Positions 44,744 through 61,668 of a stretch of 64,000 bases of DNA are shown in pieces; the stretch's first letter is position 1, and every line of letters begins with the position of its first letter. The notes beneath the pieces were generated by a model. It had not been told where the DNA came from, did no database searches, and saw nothing but the letters and a program-made list of their open reading frames with translations. The stretch is from the human T2T-CHM13v2.0 reference genome, Homo sapiens. The position numbers and the translations under genes were made by a program. Location: the NCBI RefSeq assembly GCF_009914755.1, contig NC_060939.1. One strand, given 5' to 3'.

Positions 44744-45157
44744 TGTGATGGTTAATACTGAGTGTCAACTTGATTGGATTAAAGGATACAAAGTATTGAT
44801 CCTAGGTGTGTCTGTAAGGGTGTTGCCAAAAGAGATTAACATTTGAGTCAGTGGGCTGGGGAAGGCAGATCCACCCACAATCTAATCAGCTGCCAGCGAA
44901 TATGAAGCAGGCAGAAAAATGTGAAAAGGAGAGACAGGCGCAGCCTCCCTGCCTACATCTTTCTCCCATGCTGGATGCTTCCTGCCCTCGAACATCTGAC
45001 TCCATGTTCTTCAGTTTTGGGACTCGGACTGGCTCTCCTTGTTCCTCGGCTTGCAGACAGCCTATTGTGGGACCTTATGATTGTGTAAGTTAATACTTAA
45101 TAAACTCTTTATATATATATCCTATTAGTTCTATCCTTCTAAGAGAACCCTAATACA
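44744..45157 (+). mobile_element. Solo MLT2A (HERVL) LTR
   Basis: Starts TGTGATGGTTAATACTGAGTGTCAACTTGATTGGATT, ends GAGAACCCTAATACA. 5-bp TSD attac/atcac; AATAAA at 45099-45104. Confidence 0.92.
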
Positions 45158-45293
45158 ATCACCAACTCGCTACAGCTCCCCATTGTCCACAGAGTCCAGT
45201 CCCTTCAGCCAAGCATTCAAGGATCACCATGCTCAGGCTCACTCAAGCCTCCCTGTCTCCTTGTGATGTCTATGGTATTTTTATCTTGTTTGA

Positions 45294-45711
<418 letters not shown>

Positions 45712-48700
45712 TAAGGGGGGTCCCAAAATTGCATAAACCTTAGGACCCATAAAACCTGAATTTGCCCCTGTCCCTCATCTCCAAGGAAGACCAAGGTCTC
45801 CCTCTCTCTACCACTCTGTTTTCCTGTTCTGCCAGGCGTCCCAGATTGGAACATGGCGTAGGTCCCCTGGCCAATCTACAAGCCTGCACTATTTGTTAAA
45901 TTGAATTGCATGCTTGACTTACTGTTGTGTGCCTGCCAACACTCCCCCCCCACCACCCAACAAATAAAAAGCTGTTAGCAATGGAATCAGTTCCTAATCA
46001 CTGTGTAGAGCGGAAAGCCTCTCCCGAAGACTCTTCTGGAAGTCCTAAGAACTTTCCAGACATCTGTTAAAAGGAACAGGATTTTGGAAGCTAATTTGTT
46101 TAATTGATTCATTGATAAGAGCTCTTGAAAATGCATCTGCTTATTGGAGACACTTTGTACAAGACATAAAAATCAGTGGCAAATGTCACATTCAAGGGAA
46201 GATAAATCCAGTGAATAAAGACTTAAGTAGCTGTTAATGAGGGATGTTATTTCCTTATAACCAGGCAGCCATATGAATCTCAGTCAAAGCATCCGGATAT
46301 CCTGGTACCTAGAGAATCCCCAGGACAAAGCTGGCTTCCTTTGCCTTTTCATCCTGCTCTGTGCCAGGCTGTGAGGGGGACCCACTCGGGAGACAAGTTC
46401 TACAGAGACAAGCTCTACTGCAGAGAAAGTGTGGAAATGCTGCTGCTCACGGAATCCTTAAACTGGCATGTGATACACATTTTGTTGATGCTCATTGCAC
46501 CCTCACCTTCCCTTGTGAATGAAGTCTGTTATCCCTGTGTTATAAACAAAGAGATGGGGGCAACTACCGGCCAACAAGAGCTAAGCGATGGAGGTGGGAG
46601 CTGTGTGTGCATCTGTGGGCAGAAAACAGAAAAGCCCCATGTGTGACTCCCTAGACCACTCTCCAGGGTCAGGATTCAGGAGCTCAGGGAAAAAGGGGCC
46701 CTGCAGCACCATTGTCTGAGAAGGATTCTCTTCCTTTCCTGCCTCCTGTTCCTTCTTTTCTCATATATTATTCTCCAAACGCTGGGCTTCTCAAATGAAA
46801 TAGGAACTTTTCCCCTTTTCATGACTTTGTTCAACAGACCTTTCTATGTCGAGAGCCCACGGCCCCTAGGAAATCTTTCAGGACGACCTTCAAGTATCAC
46901 CTGCTATGATCTGAACTGAGGACCCCCTTTTGGGTTTCTGATGCCTCTTGGCATCAGAAACATGCTCAGACATGTAAGGGCTTCAGCTGCCATGAGGGCA
47001 GGGGCCCCCATTCTCCTTTGCTTTGCTCTGCAGGGCAGGGTGGGTGCTCAGTAACCATGCACAGTGAGGACAGCAAGCTCAGCTCTGCGTTCCACCCTCC
47101 CCCACAGAGCTGAGATGATGGAACGGGGCCTCATGACTGTAGAGACCCCAGGTGCCCACGGAAGTCAGGCGCACTGGCCCTTGGGGGAAACAGCTGCTCG
47201 TTGGCCTACCCTCCCTTCCACCCACAGCACAATTTCCTGGAAACCTGCCTAGTGCAGATTGAAGAAAGAGAAGCAGAAATACCAAAGTCCAATTCTTCCC
47301 ATCCCACCCATAGAAAAACCCACATATGCAAAATGATAAGCCCTTTCCCCTGCCTGACTTCACCTTCCAAAACACTTTCATGTCCGTATCCCACTTTTTC
47401 ACTCCAATAACATCCTTGTGAGGTGGGCAGAGCAGTGAGCATTCCTGTTTTATAGATGAGGAGACCGAGGCTCAGAGAGGCTACCTGGTCTGGACAGGAC
47501 ATTCCTGTTTTATAGAAGAGAAACTGAGTCTCTTTATTCTATGTTATGTAGGTTGAGAGAGACACCCTAAGAGAGACAGAGAGGCTGCACTTTGACCTGC
47601 ATCGTGGTCACTCTGAGTGACCGTCCCCTATGTTGAAAGGCAGGAAGGAGAGGAGAGGCCCTAAAACGAGTTCCTGCACCCCAGGTGTCCACTCTGTGCT
47701 TTCAGGACTTGATGGCAAGTTAGATGTCTTTGAAATCTGCAGAAACTCTCCTGGCCCGCAAGGGGGCTCCTGTGAGCCCGGGCAAGAAGTTAAACAACGT
47801 GGAAGCCTTTCAGGCATGCTGGGCAGGAAGGGGAGGCAGAGATATGGCCCCGTCTGGCGCCTCCTCAACCAGAATGGCTCTGAATTATCTGTTTTCTAGA
47901 TTGGGGTATCACAGGGGACTGTGTTTGAAACAAGTTCCACCTCCCCTGGAGTTTGCAAATTTGCATGAACAATGCCTCACTAGTCAATGCCGAGGGAGGA
48001 GCCTGTAAATCCCAGGTCACAACACGGGGCCCTCTGGTAGATCGGGGCAAAGCTATGCTATGTTTGGGCTGCAGACTGGCTTTATGTTTAATTTTGTTTT
48101 ACCTTGAAAAAGTTGGCCCTTGGAGAATTTCACATAAAATTCAGGATTTCTGCTTTTGGAAGATTGGCTACACTGGGGCTGCCTTTCTGCCCTACAATGT
48201 GCAGGTGGAGCTGAGCTGCCAGAGTCCCCTTTACACTGCTCATGGAGTTGGTTTTTCACAGCCTCCACCACTCCCTATGGCTCAGACCCAGCCAGCTTTG
48301 GTCATTGATGTCATCTGCCCAGCCCCTGGAGGCATCTGATTTTACCATCTCATGCATGTGTGGCTTTAAAGAAGTAGGCTGTGAGTTAGAATTTCCAAAC
48401 TTTGTTGCACAGGCAGGTCAGGAGGCTTGGATTTGTGAAAGACTTGATCTGTGACCACATGAGCTGCAGCTTCGGTCTGCCAACCCTCTGATTCCTTTGA
48501 ACTACCTCCTCTTCATTCAGGAAGGAAGCCGTGCCAAGTGCATCTGCCCGGTTCCCTTGACCTGCCACCCAGAACAGATGCCAGTCAGTGCTGCCAGCCA
48601 GGCCCAGCTTTGGGAGTCTCAGGGTCTCCTACAGGGCCTAGTTGTTGAGGGCTGTGTTAAGCCATCCCAGGCTGGTGAACACAAAGTTACATTCCCAAGT

Positions 48701-50769
48701 TATACCTACCAAGCCTGGGGTATGGTGTAAGCTGTACATTAGGCAGTGGCTACTCTAATGGGCATTAAGATACTTTCCTGCACAGGGAACTCCCTTTGCC
48801 AGTTGTCACCTTAGCATATTCTCTGGGTCAGGCCCCAAGAGCCCTAAAAGGGAAGGCATGACGGCCACTCACGGGGTGAGTGGTGAGAGGTGGGGGCAGG
48901 TAGAACCTTGCAATGGTAGAGTCTTCACAGGGTGGTGTCCCAGTAGCTATAGCAGATGCCTTGGACAAGAGGTCAGAGTTATTTTCTAGGGCTAGGCAGG
49001 TAGCAACACACTAAGAGAATCCAGATTATTTACCATCGTCATTTTCCCTCCTTTCTTCCTGCAAAATTCAGATGCAAAGCCATCTTTCTCCTTGTACCCC
49101 AAGGGTAAATGATGCCTCCCAGCTGAGAGCCAGAGAGATGAGGCAGACAGAGTGTGCAGATGTGGCTGTCTCACATTGGACTTAGTCCACCAGTCACAGT
49201 GAGATGAGTCCCTTCAGTCGTTGAGTCTCTGTACCCTTCTCATGATAATGGAGCAATGACACCCCTTCTTTTGGGGCTACCAGCTTAGATGGTGTAGTCA
49301 ACATGGAAGAGCATTTTGAATAAGTGGAAAGAGCTGTGTTAACAGCTCCTGGGAGGAGACCAGGGGATGTTGGAGGAGTATGATGCTCTGGGCCATCTGG
49401 AAGGCAACAAGCAGTCAGGCTCTGCTGAAGTCCACTGTGGAGCCCAGGGCTCAGCCATCCTGCCCATCTCCTCCATCTCCTGCATCTCTGCATCCATGGA
49501 GGGAAGATTGACTTTTCCCATCCTGCTCACCAAGGAGGTGGGAAATGGGAAGATCAACCAAGCCATTGTTATTACCTTTCTCTCTTTAGAGTCCTTGAAA
49601 CTGTCTGCTTGTTTTCTGCTGAACGTAAGTAATCCTACTTATACTCTGCTAATGCCTTCTTTCCTCTGAGCCTAGCAAGTGAGATTTAAATGAACAGATG
49701 AGGTCTGAAAATTTATGTGCAAAGCCCATGTTCAGGACAGTGAGGGATATGCTGTCAAAGGATGTATCAAAGTCAGCTGAAGCTATAATGATCCTTACAT
49801 TATTCTTGAAAAATTGAACCACGAGGAGGCACAGCCCAACACAGGGTTGGTCATGGGAGGCTGAGCTCCTCAGGTGCGTCACTGGCTGGACTCCATTCTT
49901 CCAGGGGGATGTGCAACATGTGATGAGATCTCTAGTTTGGAAAAAGTAAAGGAGCTCTCTGATTGAAGATCAGGCAGAGTTTCCTTTGAGTCTGTGCAGA
50001 AGGCCTCACACCAGAGTGGTGCAGGGTGAACCCGTCAGCAAGGACTTGGGTGGCTTTGTATAGTTCTGGCTGCAAGAAAGAGTGAATCAGCCCCAGACAC
50101 TGCCCTCTGTGGTTGAGGCAAAGAAGACACAAATGACTAGAAATTGTGTTTCTAATAAGTTTCCTGAGGATGCTGATGCTGCTGGTCTGTGACCCTGTGG
50201 GCTAGATCTTTCCCACAGAGAAGGGCAAGTTCAGCCCCCTAACACCGTCGGCACCTTAAACCATATAAAGCACTATCAGGTACACAATCTCATCATCTCA
50301 TCTGCATTCCAACAGCCTCCAGTGAGCTGGAACTGAGTGTAAGGGTTGAGAGTTGGGCCTGGAGCTAGTCCTTGGGTTTTGAATCTCAGCCCAAATCCCA
50401 TTTATCAGCAACATGACTTGGGTGAATTCATTCACCAATTTGTGCCTTGGACTTCTCATGGGTAAAATAGGGGTGAGGATTAGGGTACCAGCCTCACAGA
50501 GTCGGTGTGAGGATCAGAGGCATGACTTTGTGGAATGCACTGAGGACAGTATTACACAGAGGGATCGTAAGACTAACACCAGCGGCTATCGTGATCATGC
50601 AATCCCTCTATGGGCAACAGCTCATAGCTGAACAGTTTGGGGCCTGTGATACCTCTCAGCGCTGCAGGCATCAAGACCTCTAGGTTCTGCCCCAACCAGC
50701 CTCACCAGGCACCTTGACAGTAGCAAGTTTGTGTTTACATCGAGACTGATGTAAACACTGTTCCCGAAG

Positions 50770-51145
50770 AGACAGTTCTGGTTCTTTATTCATAAATCAC
50801 TAACAATCATTTATTTTGCTTACAAATCTGGAGGGTGACTGGGTTCAGCTGGGCAGCTCTTGCATGGAGCTCTATCATGCAGTTACCTTCAGATCCTGGT
50901 TGGGACAGCTGGCTCCTGATATGGCGGCCCAAGGCTCCCAGAGCACATGTCCCAAGATTGCCTGGCAGAAGCCACGTGGCCTTTTCTATCCCAGCCTTGA
51001 AGTCATACAACATCACTTCCACCTCATTTTATACATTGAGGCAGCCACAGAGGCCCACCCAGTTTCAAGGACAGGGGGCATGGACTCTACCTCTTTGTGG
51101 ATTGATTATCAAGGAACTTGTGGACGTATTTTAAAGCCACTCTGA
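50770..51145 (-). mobile_element. MaLR LTR (MLT1G/H-like)
   Basis: Reverse-oriented relative of the 29290-29828 LTR ('ggccttttct..ccagccttgaagtca.acaacatcacttcc'). Confidence 0.65.
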
Positions 51146-54100
51146 GGCTCTCACCCTTCCCACCCCTTTCTGCCACCACCCTCTCCCTGTGAAATGCCAC
51201 CTGCCTACCTCTGCTGCCCAAATCTGTCCATTGCTCAAAGTCTCATCAAACTCCACTCTCACCACGATCTTTCCTGGCCAGCCCCCATGCTACTGATGGA
51301 CAACCCCCAACCCCGCAAGCCTCATGAACACAATTTATTAGGTGTCATTCTCACAGATTCCACTTTTGTAATGAAAATCAAATCAACAACAACACCAGAA
51401 AAACACCAGGGAGACAAAACTGGAGGAAATACTAACATGGTAATTATGTGTCTGAGATCATAGGTAGTTTTTATTTTCTTCTTTTATAATTTTCAGTATT
51501 CCAAAATTTCCACCTAGCACATCTGTAATTTGTATAATGAGAAAAACATTTTCCTCCCAAAAAGTACACTTAAAAAATAAATGGTAAACATTTCTTGCTC
51601 TGAATTCAAAGGACTCAGCTGTTAAGCTACTAAAATCTTTGTCTTCCAAAGAAGCAAATTTTCTGTAATTCCAAAGTTCAATTCATATAAAGGTGGAAAA
51701 AATACTATGAGATCAAGTAAGAATAGAGAGAAACTTCCTAGTGTATAGGTTGAAATTGGAGTAATTATGGACTTTTGTTGTGGAAGAGTCATGGTTAAAA
51801 GGCACCTGGCCTCAGATCTGGGCTTTGCTGTTTATCCGTTTGTGATTTTTCCTGGGTTGGTACGATGAAGATCGGAGCCACATAAGCCTGGACAGGGAAG
51901 CTTTGGCTACTGGCAGTGCTGACAGCCGACTGCGTCATGACATTGGAGGCAGCAGGAAATTATGAAGTGCCCTTGTGTGAAACCCGTTGTGGGAGTTAAT
52001 GTGTGTCTCTCTATGTTTAGAAGGAGAAAGAGGGCATTCATTTTTCTGCCCAGGCAGAATGAACTGTGGACTTTGGGGGATTTGGAGTTTGAGTCAAGCA
52101 AGTATGCAAACTGCTAATTTGCCCAAGCTGGGTCAGTGATTCTCAGATTTTAGACTCTAATGTTTATCGTGCCTAATAATCTCTCATAGAGTTTGTTTAA
52201 AAATGTCTGTTATCAGCTCTGTGCCAGGAAGTTGCGGTTCAGGGATCTGAGGTTGGGTCCCTGAATCTGCATTTTACAATGAGCCTTACAGTTGATTCTT
52301 TGGCCATTTCTGTGCTGCCCACTTAGGGACACTGAAAGGTTTGTCCTCGCAGTCGGATTCAGATGTCACATACATTTTCCCAGGCCTGCTGTGTGACAAG
52401 CACGGTGCTGGTTAATTTCATATAGTCTCCTCTGTCAGCCTGTCTTAAAACTTAGGAGGTCAGTATTCCGCTTTCCATTTTACCCATGAGAAAATTGAGG
52501 CTCAAAGCAGTCGGGTGGTGTGTCTGTGGTCTCGCAGCTGGAAGTGGTGGAGTTAAGATTTGAAGACAGGTCAGGTGAATTTGACACCAGGAGGTCCCCA
52601 TGCTCCCCTAGGAGAATATCTCCAAGGCTCCATAATTTGTGAATCCAACTGCTAAGGTGTTGATGACTAGATCTCTCCCTTCCCCATCCTTCCACCACCT
52701 TAGCAACATTCCACATGTAGGAGCTTCCTCAAATTGTCCCTCATCCCCATCAACTATGCTTGTGAGGTGCATAGTTGCACCCCTAAGAGGGGTGCCTTTT
52801 GTCTTGTGTGAATAGTCAAAGGGTTAAAGTAAAAGGCTTTGTTGCTGGTCTCCATTGGAGGCAGAAGTCCCCTCCTTGGAATGACAGATGAAGAATGCCT
52901 CTTCTGAATTGCAGGGGTTGGGTGCTCCTGGGGAGGGTGGGGAGTGGGAGTGGTAAGGGAGGAATTTAGTCATAGGTCGAGATCTGACCCTTGGAACACT
53001 CAAATCCACCCTCCTCACACTAACATAGAAACCCATTATCTTGCTGAGGAGTATCCTCAGAAACCAGAAAAACTGCTGAACAAGAAGACAAATTTTAGGA
53101 GAGTTAGATTTCACTGGGCATGCATATTGATTAACAATAATTTCCTTGTTCACATGGAAATGTGGACACCAGGGAGAGGCAGGATTTCACAGTTTAGTTT
53201 CCTAAAGGTAGCAACTTTTCTCTGTTCTTCTGCAGACACTGAGAATGAATATATTAACATTTTAACTGGGGCCCAGGGAAAGGGAACATGCTTTGACTAT
53301 CACCGCACAATTCTGCCATACTGTTAATGCTGTTGGAGCCCAGGTCACTACTTGGGAGCTGAATCTATAATGACAATTTGTCAAGTCAATTGACCTAGCG
53401 AAAAAGTGCACCCCTCTGAAACATCAGCTATCGTAGAGGGCACCAGACTTATCTTCCAAGAGGAGGGTCATCTTGGGAGCTGAACAGCCTACTCTCAATG
53501 GAGAGGATGCCCTCCCATGCCCTCCAGGGACCTGAGGCTTGTGGCTCTTCCCGTGCATGGGCCTCATTGCTGTGCCAGCCTAGACTACGCCCTCTCACAT
53601 ACAAATGAACCAACTCTAAAGTCTCATTGTCTTTGATGTCCTGGTCGTACAAGTCATACCTGATTCGATGCAGGCAGCCCAACCTGGGAACAGACCTGTT
53701 CCCTCAGGCCTAGTAGCAATGCATCAAGATAGCCTGCGTCTGATGTGGGGAATCTTGGGGCAGGTTTGCCTGCACAGGGGTCATTTCTACAGATGATCCT
53801 ACGGCTTATAGGAGACGCAGCGGAAAGGGTAAGGAGAGAAAGAAAGGTACATTAGGGAAACAATTTCAGGAGTTTTGCCATCACATTACTCTCCTGGCTT
53901 AAAACTCCTCAATCTCTCCCCATTGTCTACAGTACCTAACTAGATACCATTTCCTAAGCCAACTCCAGGCAGTTGTAGAAAAGGATTCTGAGGCCTCGTT
54001 CTGGCTCCATGGGAAAGAATATCATAATTGATTAGCAATGTCTGCTCTAGGCAAGAGAGGGAGGTGCGACAAATGTATGCCATTAATTTGCAGTTTTCTA

Positions 54101-54369
54101 GAACACAGGGAGCTCCGTCTGAGTCAAGAAGCCAGGGTAGCCGGAGGGAACTGGATGTGATCATAAAGGCCATGCAGTGTCAGGCCACTTGTCAGCTATT
54201 AATAATATCAGCCTCTAAATAACAGACAGGTGTCAGTATGCCTGCTGCCTCTGGTCAACTCGTGGTAACCACCTGGGCATAGAGATTCATGTCTATGGAA
54301 AGAACATTGTATTTTAATTACCCATGTCTGCCACCAGGCTGGGTTGCAGGAGTGGCAGCACAGTTCTCT

Positions 54370-54673
<304 letters not shown>

Positions 54674-57039
54674 TCAATTCCCTGTCTTTCTGACCCTGCT
54701 CCAGTCTCAGGGGAACTCAGCTCTTTTCCATCACGCCATCCTAAGGACAGGGATAGAATGCCATTTTGGGGTCTGTGGGATTCTAACGGGACAAGGGCAC
54801 TAGGAGTCAGATCTTTTAGAGGAAGAACCCTACTCAGAATCCCAGTTTTCCTACCTCATTTAACCTTGAGTAATTCAAGTTGCTTCTCTGATCATTAATT
54901 TCCTTGTCAGGAAAATGGGGATAATAAACCTGATAATTAAATGATGGAATATATAAAATGCTTAGTATATACTAAGGGCTTAATAAATGGAACTGACTTT
55001 TAGTAATTGATGATTCTGGGGTTTTACAAATAAGAACTGAAGATAAAAAAGGTGGCTTGCTTAAGGTCATCTGACTTAGTGGCAGAGCCAGGACTAAACA
55101 CTGATTTGTCCCCCACAAATGCCAGTGTTCTTCTCCCCGGTGTCCACAAGGCAACTGATATTCACAGTGCTGATCTTGAGTTGTCAGGAAACACACAAAT
55201 TCCCATTCGCTGACTCTCTGATTGTAGAAAGCATGTAATGTGCTTTAGAAATATTTCCATCCCAAACAGTTCTAAATGTTGTCACTTTTAATAGCAAACT
55301 TAAGCTATCTAAAAAATTTGCAGACACGGACCGGTTCCAGAGCCTTCAATGTCAAAATTCACAGTCATTATGGTCTTCTTCTACATCAGAACTTATTAGG
55401 AGCATTAACCTCAGTCTAGGAACCATGTCAGTTTTATAAACACTGTTCTTTCTATTATGGCAAGACAGGATACTTAAAGGACATTTTCCTTGATACCATT
55501 TCATTTTCTATTTACGTCATGAAAATAGTATTGAATTTGGGCAATACTACACACAAACTATTTTAGGGTTGCAGATTTTGAGTCTGTGCTGTAATAGTGT
55601 GGCCAGGTAGTGTAAATATTTGTTGGAGAAAGATTAACTAGCAAGGCAGTATATTCAGAATGGCTGCCTCTTTCATTAACCCTGTAAGGAAAGGAACTGG
55701 AAAGACACACGCAATTCTGTAAATCACAATTTATAAGCAAGCAGCAATTGAACTTCTAGTTGAGCTAGTTTTTTTTTTTCAGGCCAATTAAAGTTCATAT
55801 TATTTTTTAAACAACTCCTATTCTGCCATAACTTTATTTTAAATCTGCATCTTAAACATGTAATGGCGAGAAATTTGCTATAATTTTCCACATGTATTTG
55901 GGTTAGAGATACATTATGCTCTATGCATTCATTACTTGCATGCCGTTCAAAAATCATAAACAGTGTTACTGGGAAAACTGATTGGGAAATTAATCCTTTG
56001 AAACAACAACATATGAATGCAATGATTACACAGAATAAATAAACAGCTTCCCCACAATTTCTCTTTTGGATAAATGTAAAGTCATTAGTTTCAGAACAGT
56101 TTTCCCAAGGACGTAAGGTTTTGCTTTTCCTCCGTAATGCCTCCTCAAAGCTGGTACATATCTTATGCTGAGCCATCCCTGAAAAGGTAGCCTTAATCAA
56201 AATCTAATCTATAAATCACCTTTAAAGCCTTGAATGTTTGGCTTTATGAGGTCTTACACACACTTTGCAGGTTCGCAAAGACCACAGATCAGATTATTAC
56301 AATTCCTCTCAAGATGTGGCTTAATGAGGGTGAGGGAAGTATAGAAGACTTCAACTCCAGACCCTCGGAACTAGATCCCCTAGTTCACTGGATATATATT
56401 TTATGGAAAAGGGTAAGATTGTATCACAGTGTTAATCCAGAAACTCGAATCCTCTGATTAGAATCAGAGGAGAACTGAGAAGAACCTGCCGGCGGATGCA
56501 CGAGTGGGTTAGAATGGAACTTCTCCCCACGAAGGCAGCACAGGCTTCGATGGAGCTTTTTTCCTGGGTCCCGAGCCACATCCTGACAGGCCACTGTGGC
56601 CCTATTGCACGCCTGGTGAGGCGGTGCATCAGCTTGGATTTTCTAACAGGTTCCTTTCCAGAACTTTTGCTGCGGGCACGGAGACTCTTACCAAATTCGG
56701 CTCCATAATACATTCCCCAAAACATTAGAACCCAGGATAGGTCTACGCCTCCACTGATACGGAAAAATATATGAAAGCGTGGATTAGGGTTTTTGCCACA
56801 GATGAGAACAAAATCCAACGGAGACTTGACATTTCTTTAGAAAGGCTGCCACCAGCAGAACTTTCCCCAGAAGTTACATCCGTGCTGACCTTCATCAGTT
56901 ACATTGAGAAAAAATCTGTTCTATGTGACTGTCAGCCACAGGAGAGGGAATTTTAGGCACTGAACTTGACGAGAAGGACTTTCTAACTTTGATTCAGTTT
57001 CAACTCACACTCCCCAAACCCCTCAATGGCAGAGAGGCC

Positions 57040-57800
57040 GAGGATCCCCGAATGGGGAGGTGAGGCTCAGAACAGCGAGGGTGCCTGAGCACAGCACCAC
57101 ACTCTCCCGGTTTCTGAGCCCCGAGCCCCGCAGTGGAACTCGGGCCGCTGCGACGCGGCTCCCGTGCGGCTCCCACCGAGGCTGCTGTCCCCTGCCGCGC
57201 GGGTCCGGCCCTCCCCGCCGACCGAGGCGCGCCCCGGGCGCAGTGCCGCCGAGGAGGGGATCGGTCCCAGTGTCCACGCGGGTCTCCTCGCCGCCGCGGC
57301 AGGGCTCGGCCCGACTTCAGCGAGCAGATCCTCCGCCTGCGGCCGGTGACCCGCGCGACGCCCCGGCGGCACCGACAATGCTGTGCTCCAGCCCCGCAGG
57401 CGCCGCGGCAGCGGGTCCCGGGATGCTCCCGCGGTCCTTACCTGGCGAGGCCCGTCCCGTGCGCTCCCGGGGTCCTGGCTGGGCCGGCGCCGAGCCCAGG
57501 GCGACCGCGGATCGCCGGCTACGGCGTTTCCCGGTGACGGGGGCACGGGCTCGCGGGGCGCGGGGGGCGCTGCCCAGGCCCGGCTCGGCAGGAGTCAGAG
57601 CCCCCAGCGGCGCGGGCGAGCCCGGGCCAGCAGCCGAGAGGGGGCTCTGAGCGGAGCCGCGGCCGTCCTGGCATTTTAAAGGCGAGGCAGCTGGACGCTG
57701 TTCAAGCGGAAACGCAGAGAGAAACTTCAGCCCCCGGGGCAGAGCGTTGGCAGCGAGGGGAGGGGGCCCAAGAGCTCCTTGCAGGCGCACAAACCAATCT
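57040..57800. promoter_or_regulatory. CpG island promoter of CTXND1
   Basis: Very high GC and CpG density against a CpG-depleted background. GC-box-like runs, TATA-like TTTAAAA (minus, 57680-57674), CCAAT box (AACCAATC, ~57792-57799). Confidence 0.9.
57442..57648 (-). other. CTXND1: CTXND1 non-coding exon 1 (TSS approximate)
   Basis: Lies in the only CpG island of the window. Consensus donor CCAG|GTAAGG at 57442/57441, Inr-like TCAG at 57650-57647 about 32 nt downstream of a TATA-like TTTAAAA. No ATG in the exon. Confidence 0.75.
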
Positions 57801-58249
57801 GGGCTATTCCAATATGCTCTTCAAATGCATTTTCTTCAGATATTCTCTTTACAGTTAAAAAAAAAAATCCCCCCAAACAACAACGACAGCAAAACCCTCT
57901 CAAAGCCTTCTCCTGCAGTATGCTTCATAGCAAGCCAAACATTTCCATTAAAGTTAGGGGCAAGAGCAGGGGGCCGGTTTGGGACGTCTGGTCAATGCAA
58001 TCAGACAAGAGAAGGAAATAAGGTGTAAAAATACTGAAGTTGTGCCTTTGTTAAAAAAATATATATTCTATATGTGTGTATATATGTATATATATTATAT
58101 ATATGTGAAGCGGGAGAAAAATGATTACTGTTTGCAGCGGATGTGATTGTGTAGTTGGAAAGTGCAAACTGAAGATTGTTGAAATAATAGCCTTTCCAAG
58201 GAATTGGCAGGCTACAAAATAAACATACCAAATTAACGGTGTTCTTGTG

Positions 58250-61668
<3,419 letters not shown>

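Noticed and set aside
57023-57790. Several 100-200-aa ORFs on both strands
   Set aside because: Stop-codon scarcity in a CpG island; low-complexity Arg/Pro/Gly/Ala translations.
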